From Eledone cirrhosa (Eukaryota), in NCBI GenBank assembly GCA_964016885.1, contig OZ024747.1, forward strand, positions 63,984,001-64,048,000: DNA of 64,000 nt. The letters run 5' to 3'. Shown in pieces: positions 27,566 through 42,134 of the stretch; the first letter of the stretch is position 1, and every line of letters starts with the position of its first letter. The notes under the pieces are model-generated. The model saw nothing but the letters and a program-made list of their open reading frames with translations. It ran no database searches and had not been told where the DNA came from. Made by a program: the position numbers and the translations under genes.

Positions 27566-28625
27566 TGTGTAATTATGTGTATATAATGAATGACCACACT
27601 AATTTCACATTTGTGTGTGCCTGTAGAGAACATTTTTTGACATTCAACCCGTCTGACACCAACAGTGTCTACAAATGGCTACATAGTATCCTTTCCTGAC
27701 AAATCTATTTCCCTTTAAAAACATGACGATGGCTGTGAAATCCAAAATATGGGGGCGAAAAATTCTATTCTAAGGTAACTACTTCTCTGGTTTTCTTTTT
27801 ATGTTTCTTTCTACATTTTTTCTTCCTACTGCCATCTGAATCTGTTATCCAGAGATTTACCATCTGTATTGTAGAGGCTTCCAAAGCGACCGTTTTTTAA
27901 TAATATTATTTATTATGGCTAAATGATGAGTCTAATTGCTTTGGATCTTCACCTGTGAACTCAGAGGATCTTCAGACAAATTTTGTTTGATGGTTCTGTG
28001 AGTACACAGGTGAAACACTAGAGTAACAAGACTCATCACAAAGCCATAATGAAAAATATTGTTAAATTTTACTTCGGTATTGAGTATACATTCCTGCATT
28101 ATCTGTCAAAATAACTCACACACACATATATATTTATGAAGCAATATCAAAATATATCTTTCTCATTACTGTACCTCAGTGAAAGAAACATTTTGAATAG
28201 TAAAGCAAAGACAGGCATCCTTCCTGCTTAGAAAATATTAGTTGAAAATATTACAAAGATATTACACAGTTTTAAAGATACTATGAAGAGACAATGATGA
28301 TATAAAGATATGCAGCAAATAACCTCTAGATATCTCTTAAATTTTTTTTTTACTTCTATTTATTTCTATTTGGATTAGTCTCTCAAAAAGAAACTAACCT
28401 GTTCGAATATGTGCATGAGTAATTCTTACCAAATTCTATTGGTTTCTAAGAAACCCTACACTGTTTTTTAATGTGAGTTGAATGTAATACCAGCTCTCAT
28501 TACTATTTTTTTCTCTATTGGAACGTCAGTAGATGTTTTGATCTTGTGCAGGTGTGCATATAGTAACTGATACAGAAAAGACACACAGAAGAATAGAATA
28601 AAAACATACTGACATCATTCTGTAA

Positions 28626-28813
28626 TTATATATATATATATATATATATACTTGCACACAGACACACACATCTATATAAATATGCATGTGTGCCTGTGCG
28701 GATATGTATGTATGCATGTATGCATATATACATGTATGTATGTATATATATATGAATGTATATGTATATATGAATGTATATGTATATATATATGAATGTA
28801 TATGTATATATAA

Positions 28814-28844
<31 letters not shown>

Positions 28845-28884
28845 AATATATGTATATATATATCTATATATATATATGTATGTG

Positions 28885-28954
<70 letters not shown>

Positions 28955-29336
28955 TGTATATATTTGTATGTATATGTAAGTATATATATATATGTATATA
29001 TATAAATATATATGCACATATATATATAAATAGATGTATATATATATGTATATATATATATGTATATATATATATGTGTATATATGTATATATATATGTA
29101 TATATATATATGTATATGTATATATATATATATGTATATGTATATATATATATATGTATATGTATATATATATATATGTATATATATGTATATGTATATA
29201 TATATATATGTATATGTATATATATATATGTATATATATGTATATGTATATATATATATATGTATATATGTATATATATATATATGTATATATGTATATG
29301 TATATATATGTATATATATATATATGTATATATATG

Positions 29337-29381
<45 letters not shown>

Positions 29382-29618
29382 GTATATATGTATATATATG
29401 TATATATATGTATATATGTATATATATGTATATATGTATATATATGTATATATGTATATATGTATATATGTGTATATATGTATATGTATATATATGTATA
29501 TATGTGTATATATGTATATATGTATATATATATATGTATATATGTATATATATATGTATGTATATATATGTATATGTATGTATGTATATGTATGTATGTA
29601 TATGTATGTATATATATG

Positions 29619-29659
<41 letters not shown>

Positions 29660-29660
29660 G

Positions 29661-29700
<40 letters not shown>

Positions 29701-29750
29701 TATGTATATGTATGTATGTATATGTATGTATATATATATGTATATGTATG

Positions 29751-29784
<34 letters not shown>

Positions 29785-29892
29785 TATATGTATACATATA
29801 TATATGTATATGTATATATATTTATGTATATGTATGTATATATATGTATATATATGTATGTATATATATGTATATATATATATATGTATATG

Positions 29893-29929
<37 letters not shown>

Positions 29930-29930
29930 G

Positions 29931-29961
<31 letters not shown>

Positions 29962-29991
29962 GTATATATATATATGTAATATATATATATG

Positions 29992-30060
<69 letters not shown>

Positions 30061-30153
30061 GTATATATATATGTATATATATATATGTATATATATATAT
30101 GTATATATATATATGTATATATATATGTATATATATATATGTATATATATATG

Positions 30154-30210
<57 letters not shown>

Positions 30211-30387
30211 GTATATATATATATGTATATATATATATGTATATATATATATGTATATGTATATATGTATATGTATATATATATATGTATATATATATAT
30301 GTATATATATATATGTATATATATATATGTATATATATATATGTATATATATATATGTATATATATATATATGTATATATATATATG

Positions 30388-30434
<47 letters not shown>

Positions 30435-30602
30435 GTATATATATATATATGTATATATATATATGTATATATATATGTATATATATATATGTATATATAT
30501 ATATGTATATATATATATGTATATATATATATGTATATATATATATGTATATATATATATATGTATATATATATATGTTATATATATGTATATATATATA
30601 TG

Positions 30603-30633
<31 letters not shown>

Positions 30634-30688
30634 GTATATATATATATGTATATATATATATGTATATATATATATGTATATATATATG

Positions 30689-30721
<33 letters not shown>

Positions 30722-30723
30722 GT

Positions 30724-30806
<83 letters not shown>

Positions 30807-30808
30807 TG

Positions 30809-30881
<73 letters not shown>

Positions 30882-31078
30882 GTATATATATGTATATATA
30901 TATGTATATATATATATGTATATGTATATATATATATGTATGTGTATGTATGTATGTGTATGTATATATATGTATGTGTATGTATGTATGTGTATGTATA
31001 TATATGTATGTGTATATATATGTATGTATATATATATGTATGTGTATATATATATAAGTATATATATGCATGTGTATG

Positions 31079-31109
<31 letters not shown>

Positions 31110-31335
31110 GTATATATATGTATGTATATATATATGTATATGTATGTTTATATTATACTGTATATATCCATAAACATATGTATATATATGTATGTGTATA
31201 TATATATATATAGAGAGAGATAGGATAGAGATGTATGTAAGCAAATATTCTTCTATAATAGAAACAATATTCAATGCAATATTCACATACACACATATAT
31301 ACACACACAGATATATATATATATATATATAAATA
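28626..31335. repeat. 2.7-kb (TA)n/(TATG)n microsatellite
   Basis: Directly visible. Confidence 0.97.
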
Positions 31336-31448
31336 TACATATCAAGAGATCTCCACATGAATGAACCTGTTATTTTTCTAAAAAAATCTTTTTCTCAGCC
31401 CTGCCAGTCCCCTCACTCTTTCTATTTCTTCTTTAATTTCTCATTCTA

Positions 31449-31484
31449 TCTTCTGACGAAGGACTAGTGTCGGAAACGTTAAGA
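31449..31484 (+). ncRNA. Minimal hammerhead motif
   Basis: tctt-CTGACGA-aggac(tagt)gtcg-GAAA-cg-TT-aaga; palindromic AACGTT. Confidence 0.62.
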
Positions 31485-31910
31485 CTCTTTTCCTAATATA
31501 TCAAGCGTCAAACTAATAATATATTTATTCATTGTACTGAGTCGTTTGCTTTGTTATTTTTGTTTGCCTCTTGTATACATACTGTAAATGTGATTGAAAG
31601 GGCATCCAGCTGTAAATCTACAGCCAAATTTACAGCGTGGTCAATTCTGGCCAGCCTTGTCTCCCAACGTTGACGAACCTTCTAACTCATGCAAGCATGG
31701 AAACATGGACACTAAACAGTGATAATGATAATGTTACATATATATATTAATTAGACAAATTATTACAGGTCCACAATCGCAACAAATCGTCTGAGTTGCT
31801 TTATAACGTTTTTTAAGATAGTGTGTCCAAAGATCCCGAGTTGTTTTTAAGGTGACATGAATTATCTTAAAAAAACATTTCATCTACAGTCTATCTATAT
31901 AATATAATAT

Positions 31911-32100
31911 GCGAGGGTGCTTCAAATGGTTCGTGGAAAAAGTGCATAGCTGAAAATCATATGTAGCGGTTTTGATCTCAATGCACCAGTACGTTCTCGT
32001 ACTAACGTGTCATAACAAGATCTAACATGAACCCTTAAATGCATGTTGCAACAAGGCACTGCCAGTTCGAAGTCATCACCCGCTCGAGCAACGTGGCCCC
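31911..32100 (+). mobile_element. Mariner-like DNA transposon terminal fragment
   Basis: Starts cgagggtgcttcaaatggttcgtggaaaa, resembling mariner TIRs; no second end seen. Confidence 0.45.
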
Positions 32101-32451
32101 CACCACAACCGCATTCTTCTTCTTAGAGAGAAAGATATATATAAACATATATAATAAATTGATATAAATATATATATAGGGCGGTGCCCCAGCATGGCCT
32201 CAGCCGGATGGCTGAAACAGGTAAAAGAGTAAAAGAGTATATATATATATAAACGTTTGGAGTTAGAAGGCCAGAACAATGCAGGTTTGGAGATAGAATA
32301 TAAATGTAAGAGATAACGCTGACAATTAGTCTTTTACCTTAATTTATTCATATATCCTGATTTTTCGAGGTAATATCTCTTCGCCTGAAGAAAGTAAAGG
32401 GGTTAATGCAGTTTTCGAAGTGGGTTGCTAAGTTGTGCTGACCGGAAGTAG

Positions 32452-32487
<36 letters not shown>

Positions 32488-32679
32488 GGTGATAAAGAAA
32501 CGACCTCAGTACTAGATTGATACACTTTTAGTGACCTTAAAAGGATGAAAGGCAAAATTGAACTCAGAGAGAAGAAAACTCAAATGAATACCATAAAAAA
32601 TCCTATCCTACCTCCCTGAGAGAGAGAGAGAGAGAGAGAGAATTAAAAATCAGTTCTGGACTGATACTTTTGTCGACCA

Positions 32680-33615
32680 TAAATAATTGTTTCTACTTTA
32701 GGCACAAGGCCAGCAATCACCCAGTGCATTACTGGTACTTTATTTTATCGACCCCGTAAGGATGAAAGGCAAAGTCAACCTCGGCGCATAAAATAATGAT
32801 TTCTAGTATAAGCACAAATCTTAAATCGACCTCAGTACGTTACTGGTGTTTTATTTTATCGACCCCGTAAGGATGACAAGGATTAAATCGACCTCAGTAC
32901 GTTACTGGTGCTTTATTTTATCGACCCCCGTAAGGATGAAAAGCAAAGTTAACTTTGGCGGGAATTGAACTCAGACCGTAAAGGGCCGTAACTCCATGCT
33001 ACAAAGCATGGTGTCCGACTCTCTACCGATACTGCCAATCCACCGCCCTTGTCGACCACAAAATAATTGTTTCTACTTTTGGCACGAGGCCAACAATTAT
33101 CCAGTGTATTACTGGTACTTTATTTTATCGGCCGCGTAAGGATGAAAGGCAAAGTTAACCTCGGCGGGATTTGAACTCGGATTGGAAAGGGCCGTAACTA
33201 TGCTGGAAAGCATGTCCGACCCTCTACCAATTCTGCCAATCCACCCACAAAATAATTGTTTCTACTTTAGGCACAACGCCAGCAAATACCCAGTATATTA
33301 CTGGTACTTTATTTTATCGACCCCGTAAGGATGAAAGGCAAAGTTAACTTCGGCGGGATTTGAACTCAGACTGTAAAGGGACGTAACTATGCTAGAAAAC
33401 ATGGCGTCCAACCCTCTACCGATACTGCCAATTCACCGCCCTTACACCCACAAAATAATTGTTTCTACTTTAGGCACAAGGCCAGAAAATACCCAGTGCA
33501 TTACTGGTACTTTATTTTATCGACCCCGTAAGGATGAAAGGCAAAGTCAACCTCGGCGGGATTTGAACTTAGATCTTAAAGGGACGTAACTATGCTGGAA
33601 AGCAAGGCGTCCGAC
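32680..33615 (-). mobile_element. Cluster of five or more head-to-tail SINE-A copies
   Basis: Copies start near 32680, 32790, 33061, 33250 and 33453, each at aaataat. Confidence 0.92.
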
Positions 33616-34969
33616 AAAGACAAACTTGATGATCTTAGTGGCATTTGAACGAGTACAGAAAATTATTCTATCGGACGTTCTAACGAGCCTGCCAATTTGC
33701 TGCACGCACATCAGCGTGGTCTCCATTAAATGCATCCAAAGTTCGTCAGATTGCCGTGTTATGTATGACGATGGATTAAGTGTATAGCTCAATGTGTGCT
33801 GACAGGAAGATTAATGGCGAAGGTAGAGAAACACACACACAAAAAAAAAGGACACGAAAAGATTATAAATAAAAGAGAGGAAATAAGATGAGCGGAGGGA
33901 AAACTGAAACTGGAAAGAATATGTTACATGGGCAATCTGTCATGAGAACAGAAGGCATTACAGTGGAGATAACGGTGGAATTGAATGGAAGTCGGAAGCA
34001 CCGAGAAAGCAAATAGAAACTTTCATTATCGTTCAACAAGAAAAAGTGATTAGAATAAGTTTGTTAAAGTAAATATTGACAGAAGACAGCCAGATAAATG
34101 TTGGAATTGTTCCGAAATAAATGAAACTGTCAACTATGTGTACATGCGTGTGTGTCTCTGTGTGTATGTGCGCGCGCACGCACACACACGTATGTGTGTG
34201 TGTTTGTGTAAGTGTATAGATATATGTGTATATCCTCTCTCTCTCTCCCTCTCTGTATTACGTTGTTACATTAAAATCAACCGATAATTTGGATTCTAAA
34301 GTAAATAGTGTTATCATTGGTGAGAAGCTGCCACTCAGTCCCATTAAACAATTATAATGCTCCTATGCTTTAGCGTACACATGCTAACCCGTTTCATATA
34401 AAACAGCCTGAAACCGCCATAGATTCAAGGGACAAGATTGCTCACTTTAAAATCTATATATTTATCTATATATTAACACATCCTTTATAAATTCGCTTTA
34501 GAAATTGATATTATGTAATGTTAAAAATATCAGCTTTCTAATGAAAAAAAAACAACAACATAATTTTGTATTTCTCCAAATTCTTGGATATTTTCGAAAG
34601 TAATTGAAGTGTATTTCATTTGAAATGTGGTAATGAAAGGGTTAAGTCAGACAATACAACTCTCGTATTTAGCGTCAATATCATTCGCTATAGCATGGAG
34701 CTACCATGGACACCAATTTATCAAACAGTTCCTGTACTGAATGGTAAATAAAACTAAAGTTTACTTTTCAATCAGCATGTAAGCTGTTTGATTAACTAAT
34801 CTCCTAGGGTAACAATAAAATGATAGCTAACACATTCAGTCGAACACATAAAGCCAAAAGTTAGATGTCACAACACATATTTTCTTTGCTAACATGTATC
34901 TTTGACTGGTTCTATGTACATTTGTAGATATATCAAACAACTCCTTATATATATACATACACATATATA

Positions 34970-35088
34970 AGGCGTGTGGCTGAGTGGTTAGAGAATTGGA
35001 TTTCCAATCGTAAGGTTGTGAGTTCGATTCCTGGACCAGGTGATGCGTTATGTCCTTGAGCAAGACACTTTATTTCACGTTGCTCCTT
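34970..35088 (+). mobile_element. SINE-B-related tRNA head, 3'-truncated
   Basis: ggcgtgtggctgagtggttagag...gagttcgattc...tccttgagcaagacactttatttcac. Confidence 0.8.
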
Positions 35089-35304
35089 CTACCTGGAGTT
35101 GCGACCGATAGATAGTATTAGCAATTGGAAAGACCAACGGAAACATTGTTCCCTCGGTCCGATTTGACGAAAGTCGATCGTTCCTTTTTATATATATATA
35201 TACACACACACACGCACATATATATATAAATGAAAAATGGCGTGCTGCGTTGTTGCGGATTTGATACATGTGTGTGTGTGTGTGTATACATTTATGTATG
35301 TGTG

Positions 35305-35490
35305 TATGGAAGAAAGGTTGGCTGGAAGGAGAAGCAGAGGCCGGCAGCCAAAACGATGGCTTGATAATGTTAACCTATGGAATGGCCTTGATCTTTGTTC
35401 TTTAAATTCTGCTGTTGGTGATCGAACTTTGTGGAGAAAAATATCTCATATAGATGTGCATTCTGCAAGTGGCGGAGTTTAGCATCAGAG
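35305..35490 (+). mobile_element. RTE-like LINE 3' fragment
   Basis: GRRSRGRQPKRWLDNV...DRTLWR. Confidence 0.7.
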
Positions 35491-36213
35491 TAGTATGCAT
35501 GTGCGTTTATGCTTGAGACAAATATATGGAAAATAATTTTAAAATGCAACTTGAGTCTATTAAGTATATTTATTTACTTTACCGGTTTCACAGTTCTTAT
35601 GATTATCAAAAATAGACATTGAGAGGGTTTGTGTTTCTATGGATTGAACGGAGTTAGGATATAACATATAAGTAGTTGGGATAGAAAATAAAAATAAAAT
35701 ATACAGGTGCTAGTGGACAACTGACGCTGCACACCAGGTCCGAACACAGAAGAGCCGAACTCCCACTGTCATCGCCTCATTGTGGTGTGTTTCGCATCTA
35801 ATTGGAGTTCGAACATTCTTTCTGTTTTATACAAAAAAGATGACTCAGACTGGTATTTGTTTAAAATGCAATTTTGGTGGTTGATGACAGTCATTTGTAG
35901 AATTGACTCACTCCGATAGATGGCAGTGTAATACAAGATGGCGTTCAATCCACAACAATGTAGCTGGTGTGTTTACGTAGTCACCCTGTATATTATATTA
36001 TATTATATTATATAAAGCCTACACACACACACACACACATATATATAACTTTTATAAAGTATTGTGGAAAGTATAGAATGTTGTGTTATTACAGAGCTAC
36101 AACAATGCAAATAAACAGAATATTAAATGTTAAAAATCATAACGAAGTATCTATCTATATCTGTCTTTCTCTTTCTCCCTTTGTATATATATATATATAT
36201 CCATACATATATA

Positions 36214-36312
36214 CAGGGTGTCCCCAAAAATGTATACACACTTCATCAGCATTCAAATAAATATTGCTTGCACACGTAATCAAAGTGTGTAAACATTTTA
36301 TGGGACATTCTG
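36214..36312. mobile_element. Tc1/mariner-type MITE with TA flanks
   Basis: ta-cagggtgtccc...gggacattctg-ta; related to the array at 40421-40942. Confidence 0.8.
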
Positions 36313-36328
36313 TACACACACACACACA

Positions 36329-36383
<55 letters not shown>

Positions 36384-37317
36384 GAACAACAACAATACGA
36401 GGAACATAGAGAATTTATAAGTTAGTAATCGAAAATAAGCAATTTTCCAACATTATTTTTAAGTGCTGTCTTATTGACATAACCTAATATTATAGTATCG
36501 CAGTCAATAATGTCAAATTACAGACTATCTACAAATTAGAACTCTTGAACTAGTGAACAATTTATAGACTTTGTGTGCTTCTTTATTGTTGTAGCTTTGT
36601 CTGTTATTTTATACCTACTCTTGTTGTTGTTTTTGATTTTACATTTTTGTTACTGTACTTGTTTTTTGTTGTTTTATGTTTGGTTGTGTTTTTGATTTTA
36701 TATTTTTTATTGTATTTGTTCTTTGTAGTTTTAGCTTTGGTTGTGATTTTACCTTCTCGTGTTGTTGGTTTTGATTTTATATATTTTTTATTGTACCTGT
36801 TGTTGTTGTTGTAGTTGTATTCCCTTCTCTACAACATTTCGTTCCTTCTTGTTGCTTGGTTGGTTAGTTTTTATTCTATATTTTCAGAAGATTTTATTCT
36901 TTTTGTTTTTGCGTTTTATTTCCACCTCCTGTTTTATTGTGTGAGAGTGAATGAATGAGTGTAAGGATGAGAGTGTGTATGTGCAAGTGTGGGTGTGTGT
37001 GTGTGAGAGAGAGAGAGAAAGAGATTGAAAGAAAAGGTTATAGATGGTGAAAAATAGAGTTAAGAAGAGAGAGAGAGGGAGGGAAAGAGACAGGTGAGAG
37101 AAACTAAGAAAGAGAGATAGACTAAGAAAAATAGACACATAGAGAGGCAGAAATAGTAAGGTAAAAGATATACAAAGATAAACAGAGAGAGAGAAAAAGA
37201 AACAGAAAGATAGATATATAATTAGGGAGAGAGAAAATCAACTGAGACAGAGAGACAGACATATATATATAGAGAGAAAATTACAGATAGACAGAGAGAA
37301 AGGTATAGAAAGATATA

Positions 37318-37890
37318 TTTCTTTTATTTGCCACTAGGGCATCAAAAGTGGGACAAGTACAAAGGGGGGAGTTTACACAAAAAGGCGTCCTCAATAAGGA
37401 GGAGGCAATAACAAAATATAAAAATAAAATAAGATATAACAAAAAATAAAATTTTTAACAAAATCCTCAATAGAGAGGAGGCGCCTTGGGGGGTCGCACA
37501 CACCCCCGAAAAAAGTGTGCAACCCTTCTCCTCAGGAGCACAGAGAAGGGGTGCTCCCTTGGTCTTTCATCTTCCTCACCTATAGTCTGATGTAGAGTGA
37601 AGGCCCATTCACACGGGCCATTCTCGCCACTTTCACCCATCTTTCATAGAAACGGCTGGGGTGCAGCACCTCTCTCTCCATCCTGATCCTTCTTCCGAAA
37701 TGATATCGGAAGAAACGGACCAGTTGTTGGCCAGAGAGAAAGGTGCCCGACCTCAGTCCTTTCAGACGCGTCCACCATACGCCCGCCCTCCGCCTCCGAT
37801 GCCGTGTTCCGCCTCCGATGCGTGTTCTGCCCGTAAAGTCTTGCCAACTTGGCCGCCTCCGACCCGTGTGTGGCTGCAGGGGAATCATAG
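37318..37890 (-). mobile_element. L1/Tx1-like LINE 3' end inserted in an (AG)/(AGAT)-rich tract
   Basis: GC-rich island; C-terminus VWWTRLKG...FFRYH...ERE...RFYERW then a 3' UTR ending ggcaaataaaagaaa; clade assignment is inferred. Confidence 0.55.
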
Positions 37891-38732
37891 ATAGATAATT
37901 AGAAAGAGAGAAAGATAGAGAGCGAGAGGGGGAGAAGGACAAATAGAAAATGAGAGGTAGAGGAATGAGATATTGGAGAAAACGTCTTTAATTATTAACG
38001 GATCTCTTGTGTTCTTTATTGTGATTGAAACAATTGAGAATATTCCATGATATCTAATAACAAAGAAATAGTAATAAAAAGAAAACCCATCATAAAACAC
38101 CATTAAATACCAAGGAATATGCCAACAAAAAAACCCAGACCCCCCCCCCCCCCCCTCTCACCCCTCATCCAACTCCCCGCTCATCCACCCCTCCTCTTCC
38201 AACTCTTCCTAAAAAATAACGACAACAAGAACCAAACAAACGAAACAAAATCCACCGCCCCCTACAAAAAAATATATTAATATGAAAACCTAGAAAAGCA
38301 ATCACAACAAATGTTCAAATGTTTGATTCAACAAAGAAATGTATTGTTGTAGTATTTTCTAGAATATTGCAATATAGGAAGTAATAATGTTTAGGAACCT
38401 TCTGTTATCACTTACTATGTTATTCAATAACTAGATCTTTATTTTTGTTGGTTGTTTATTTATGTTTAATGTTTGTTGTTTTTTTCCTATGTGTGTATAC
38501 TTGTTTTTAATGTGTGTTTTTGTAAGTATGGTATGTATATATGTATGTATGTGTGTATGTATGCGTGTGTGTGTGTATCTATGTATGTACACACGCAAAT
38601 GCATGCATATAAATACATACATATACATGCATCGATATATTAATACACACACACATACATACACACATACATACACACACACATATATATATACATACAC
38701 ACATACATGTATATAAACACCCGTACACACAC

Positions 38733-38773
<41 letters not shown>

Positions 38774-39420
38774 GACTAACCCATGTAGCGTGGAAAATGT
38801 ACGTTAAACGGTGATGATGATATATATATATATATATATACATACACATATATTCTCAGTCACATTTGCTTATTTACTTAGTCTCTTAATAAACAACTGC
38901 ATTGCTTTTTGCCTCTTTTCCCTCTCTTCTTTTCCCTTTTTTTTTTTGCTCCCCATGATTTACCTTTCCCTCCTTTCTTTACTTGTTTTTTTACTCCCTC
39001 CCCATCGATATGATGTCTATAAAATATCGATTTCTCACTGATAGAAGGCTAGAATTAATACTTGATTTTCGATGGATACCAGCTCATAACTGCTATTTAT
39101 TTCTTTAGTCATGATGAGGAAGCACAAACAAGGTCATCGACCTGGTTACCTTTAAACTTTTAACGTATAATGGATGTAACTATAGGGATGAACGTGTTTA
39201 TGTTACCTTACATAAACTCGTAGGTATTATAGAACTAACAATATTTATCCCTTTTGTTAAAAGACGAACATTCATTTATGCTTCGCACTATAAGACTATG
39301 GTATTTCGTCTAACATCTCTAGTTTGACAAGTTACTAATCTTATACGAACAGAGTCCAGGGAAAATATTTTGGTATTATCGGCAGGCAAAAACAGAGTTG
39401 CAATGGGCCTACGATTAATA

Positions 39421-39810
39421 CAGACCAGTCAACTCTCCTCGTCCGACGGGAAGATCTCTCACCCACTTTGGGGTGGGTGAGAGATGTCTTCTCTTGTGAA
39501 AATGGGTATAGCTTTTATTATGTAAAATCTCCCCGGTGGATTGACAGTATCGGTAGAGGGCCGGACGCCATGCTTTGACGCATAGAGTTACAGCCCTTGC
39601 TATTCTGAGTTCAAATCCCGCCAAGGTTAACTTTGTCTTTCATCCTTATGGGGTCGATAAAATAAAGTAATAGTAATGCACTGGGTAATTGCTGGCCTTG
39701 TGCCAAAAGTAGAAACAGTTATGTAAAATCTTCCCATTTTGCCTCATTTCTTGCTGTTTTGGGGCACTTTTTTTTCTCCCCGTTTGTGTTTTTAGAAGTT
39801 GGCAGGGCTG
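39421..39810. mobile_element. MITE with 6-bp TSD, interrupted by a SINE-A
   Basis: TIRs cagaccagtcaac / gttggcagggctg; ttaata on both sides; homologue at 51765-51959. Confidence 0.8.
39533..39720 (+). mobile_element. SINE family A nested in the MITE
   Basis: TSD ttatgtaaaatct at 39518-39530 and 39719-39731. Confidence 0.92.
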
Positions 39811-39914
39811 TTAATAGCAGCAGCTATAGTAAAGCTGTAGTGAAGTGGTTTAATGATAGTCAAACATAGGCGTGTCATCTAGGAAGGTGGTTTATTACAT
39901 ATCACCATGTAATA

Positions 39915-40088
39915 ACACTTTCTAATATAAGTACAAGTCTTAGATTAAATCGACCCCAGTGAATGACAGCGTAAGCATGGAAGGCAAAGCTAACCTCGAC
40001 AGGATTTGAACTCAGAACGTCAAGGTCGTAACTATATGTCACGAAGCATGATCTCCAATGCTCTACCGATTCTACCAATCCACCACCC
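39915..40088 (-). mobile_element. SINE-A variant, diverged
   Basis: ggatttgaactcag...ctctaccgattctaccaatccacc. Confidence 0.8.
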
Positions 40089-40420
40089 TTCCTCCATGTA
40101 ATAACGTCAAGTGTATTAATTATTTCAGGGCCGGCACCTAGGCATTTACCCTTTATGCCAGCTCTACAATTGGCACTATTTTCTCAAAGTTACGTAATAT
40201 TCTTCCAAATCAAATACATCCAAATTACAGTTTGGTCAGCTTTAAACATTTCTTGCCCTGACCACAATAAAAGCAATTACTAGGCTTGTATTTTCTACTA
40301 TACCATCCGCACTCATTTACACCAAATCTTGTAACAGGTCATAACATGGTACAACCCTTCCCAACATTTTCAATATTCGCACTAAGATATGGATTTTATT
40401 GATCACAGGAAATTGTTATA

Positions 40421-40960
40421 CAGGGTGTCCCAAAAAATGTATATACACTTGAACAGCATTCTAATAACTATGTGTATATATTTTTGGGGGACACCCTGTA
40501 TATCTAAGTTGATCATACATGAAATTATTATACAGGGTGTCCCAAAAATGTATACACACTTGAACAGCATTCTAATAAATATGTGTATATATTTTTTAGG
40601 GACACCCTGTATATCAAAGTTGATCATACATGAAATTATTATACAGAGTGTCCCAAAAATGTATACACACTTGAACAGCATTCTAATAAATATGTGTATA
40701 TATTTTTTAGGGACACCCTGTATATCAAAGTTGATCATACATGAAATTATTATACAGGGTGTCCCAAAAATGTATACACCCTTGAACAGCATTCTAATAA
40801 ATATGTGTATATATTTTTTAGGGACACCCTGTATATCAAAGTTGATCATACATGAAATTATTATACAGGGTGTCCCAAAAATGTATACACACTTGAACAG
40901 CATTCTAATAAATATGTGTATACATTTTGGGGGGACACCCTGTATATCTAAGTTGATCGT
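40421..40960. repeat. Tandem array of five Tc1/mariner-type MITEs, period 111-112 bp
   Basis: cagggtgtccc...gggacaccctg starting at 40421, 40533, 40644, 40755 and 40866. Confidence 0.95.
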
Positions 40961-42134
40961 ATAAGCTTAATGAACCGATTTATTTTTTTTTATTGTTTAG
41001 GGATTTATTTATTGACTAAATTATTATATATTTAATTTATTCATACAAATTGGCATAAAACTGTGCTACTGTAAATTTTAGTAATGTGAGTGGTCTGCGC
41101 CCTAAGCCTTTGCCGCCTAGTTGGTTTTAATGGTCGCGCCGGTCCTGCTATTGTCAATTTGTATATCAGGAAAAACTTCCTTCCTTTTTTTTTTCTTTCG
41201 ACATATTCATTCAGGTTACTTGAATAATAGAACAGTTAGAATGGTAGGAGATGAAGGTGTGAAATGATGGTGGTGCAATGGTGCTGGAATGACTGTGGTG
41301 GAGGAGAAGGAAGTGACATTGATTTCTGTGGCTACTCAGAATATTTCTTCCAATACTAAATCTATCCCAGTCAAAGAGGTTTTGTCATGTCAAACCGAAA
41401 AGTCAGATAGTTGTGTGTTGTATCTGATATCAGACAAGTAGCAAGCATCTTATTTCAGCTATTCAAATCTTTTCAAATGACATTTGTTTCAATGACTTTG
41501 ACGTTGCACGCTATAGAATAGCAAAGCATAATAAGAACAACAGTAATAATGATAATAGCAAATAAAAAAATACCAATTCATTCTGTTGAGAAATACGAAA
41601 ATGAGAACTTAGGTGAATTATTATGGCTGCTAGTGCTTTGAAAGAAAAGTTATAAATGGTATTTAAACTTAGAAAGTAACAAATAATTGTATTGTCTATT
41701 TATTTGTATAGCTTCCGAGGGTTTTCGATGTTTTGTCTTACGCTCGTTCGCTATTTATATTATTTATATCATTTATATTTTGTAGAACTAGACAAACGTG
41801 AAAGTTGGGATTTGATAGCTATACGTTATTCAGTTCGATTAGGTGTGAGAGAAATAATGTAAAATTGAATGATAAACTAGAAGATGTTGTTTCCTTTACT
41901 GCACGTAAAAACTACTTTAGTTGGTTTGGTGTTGTTAAATAATTGATGGCAAAAAGGACATATTGTAAATACATTTATCATATTTTTACGGGGATCCAGA
42001 GAAAGGTTTTGAACTCTGCATTTCATTCCACTCCACCAGCTGCCACTATATACAATTATTCACCCTACTCGAACCAGCAGCTAAATTCCCTTCAAATCAT
42101 GTACTTACTAATTAAAAAGGAGACATGTATGCTC

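Noticed and set aside
28526-31358. Very long YI/IY-rich ORFs (also at 16.5, 23-24, 53-54, 60 and 63 kb)
   Set aside because: Translations of (TA)n/(TATG)n microsatellites that happen to lack stop codons
40389-40964. Repetitive ORFs and a CRISPR-like repeat-spacer appearance
   Set aside because: Spacers are identical, the units are MITEs, the context is eukaryotic and there are no cas genes
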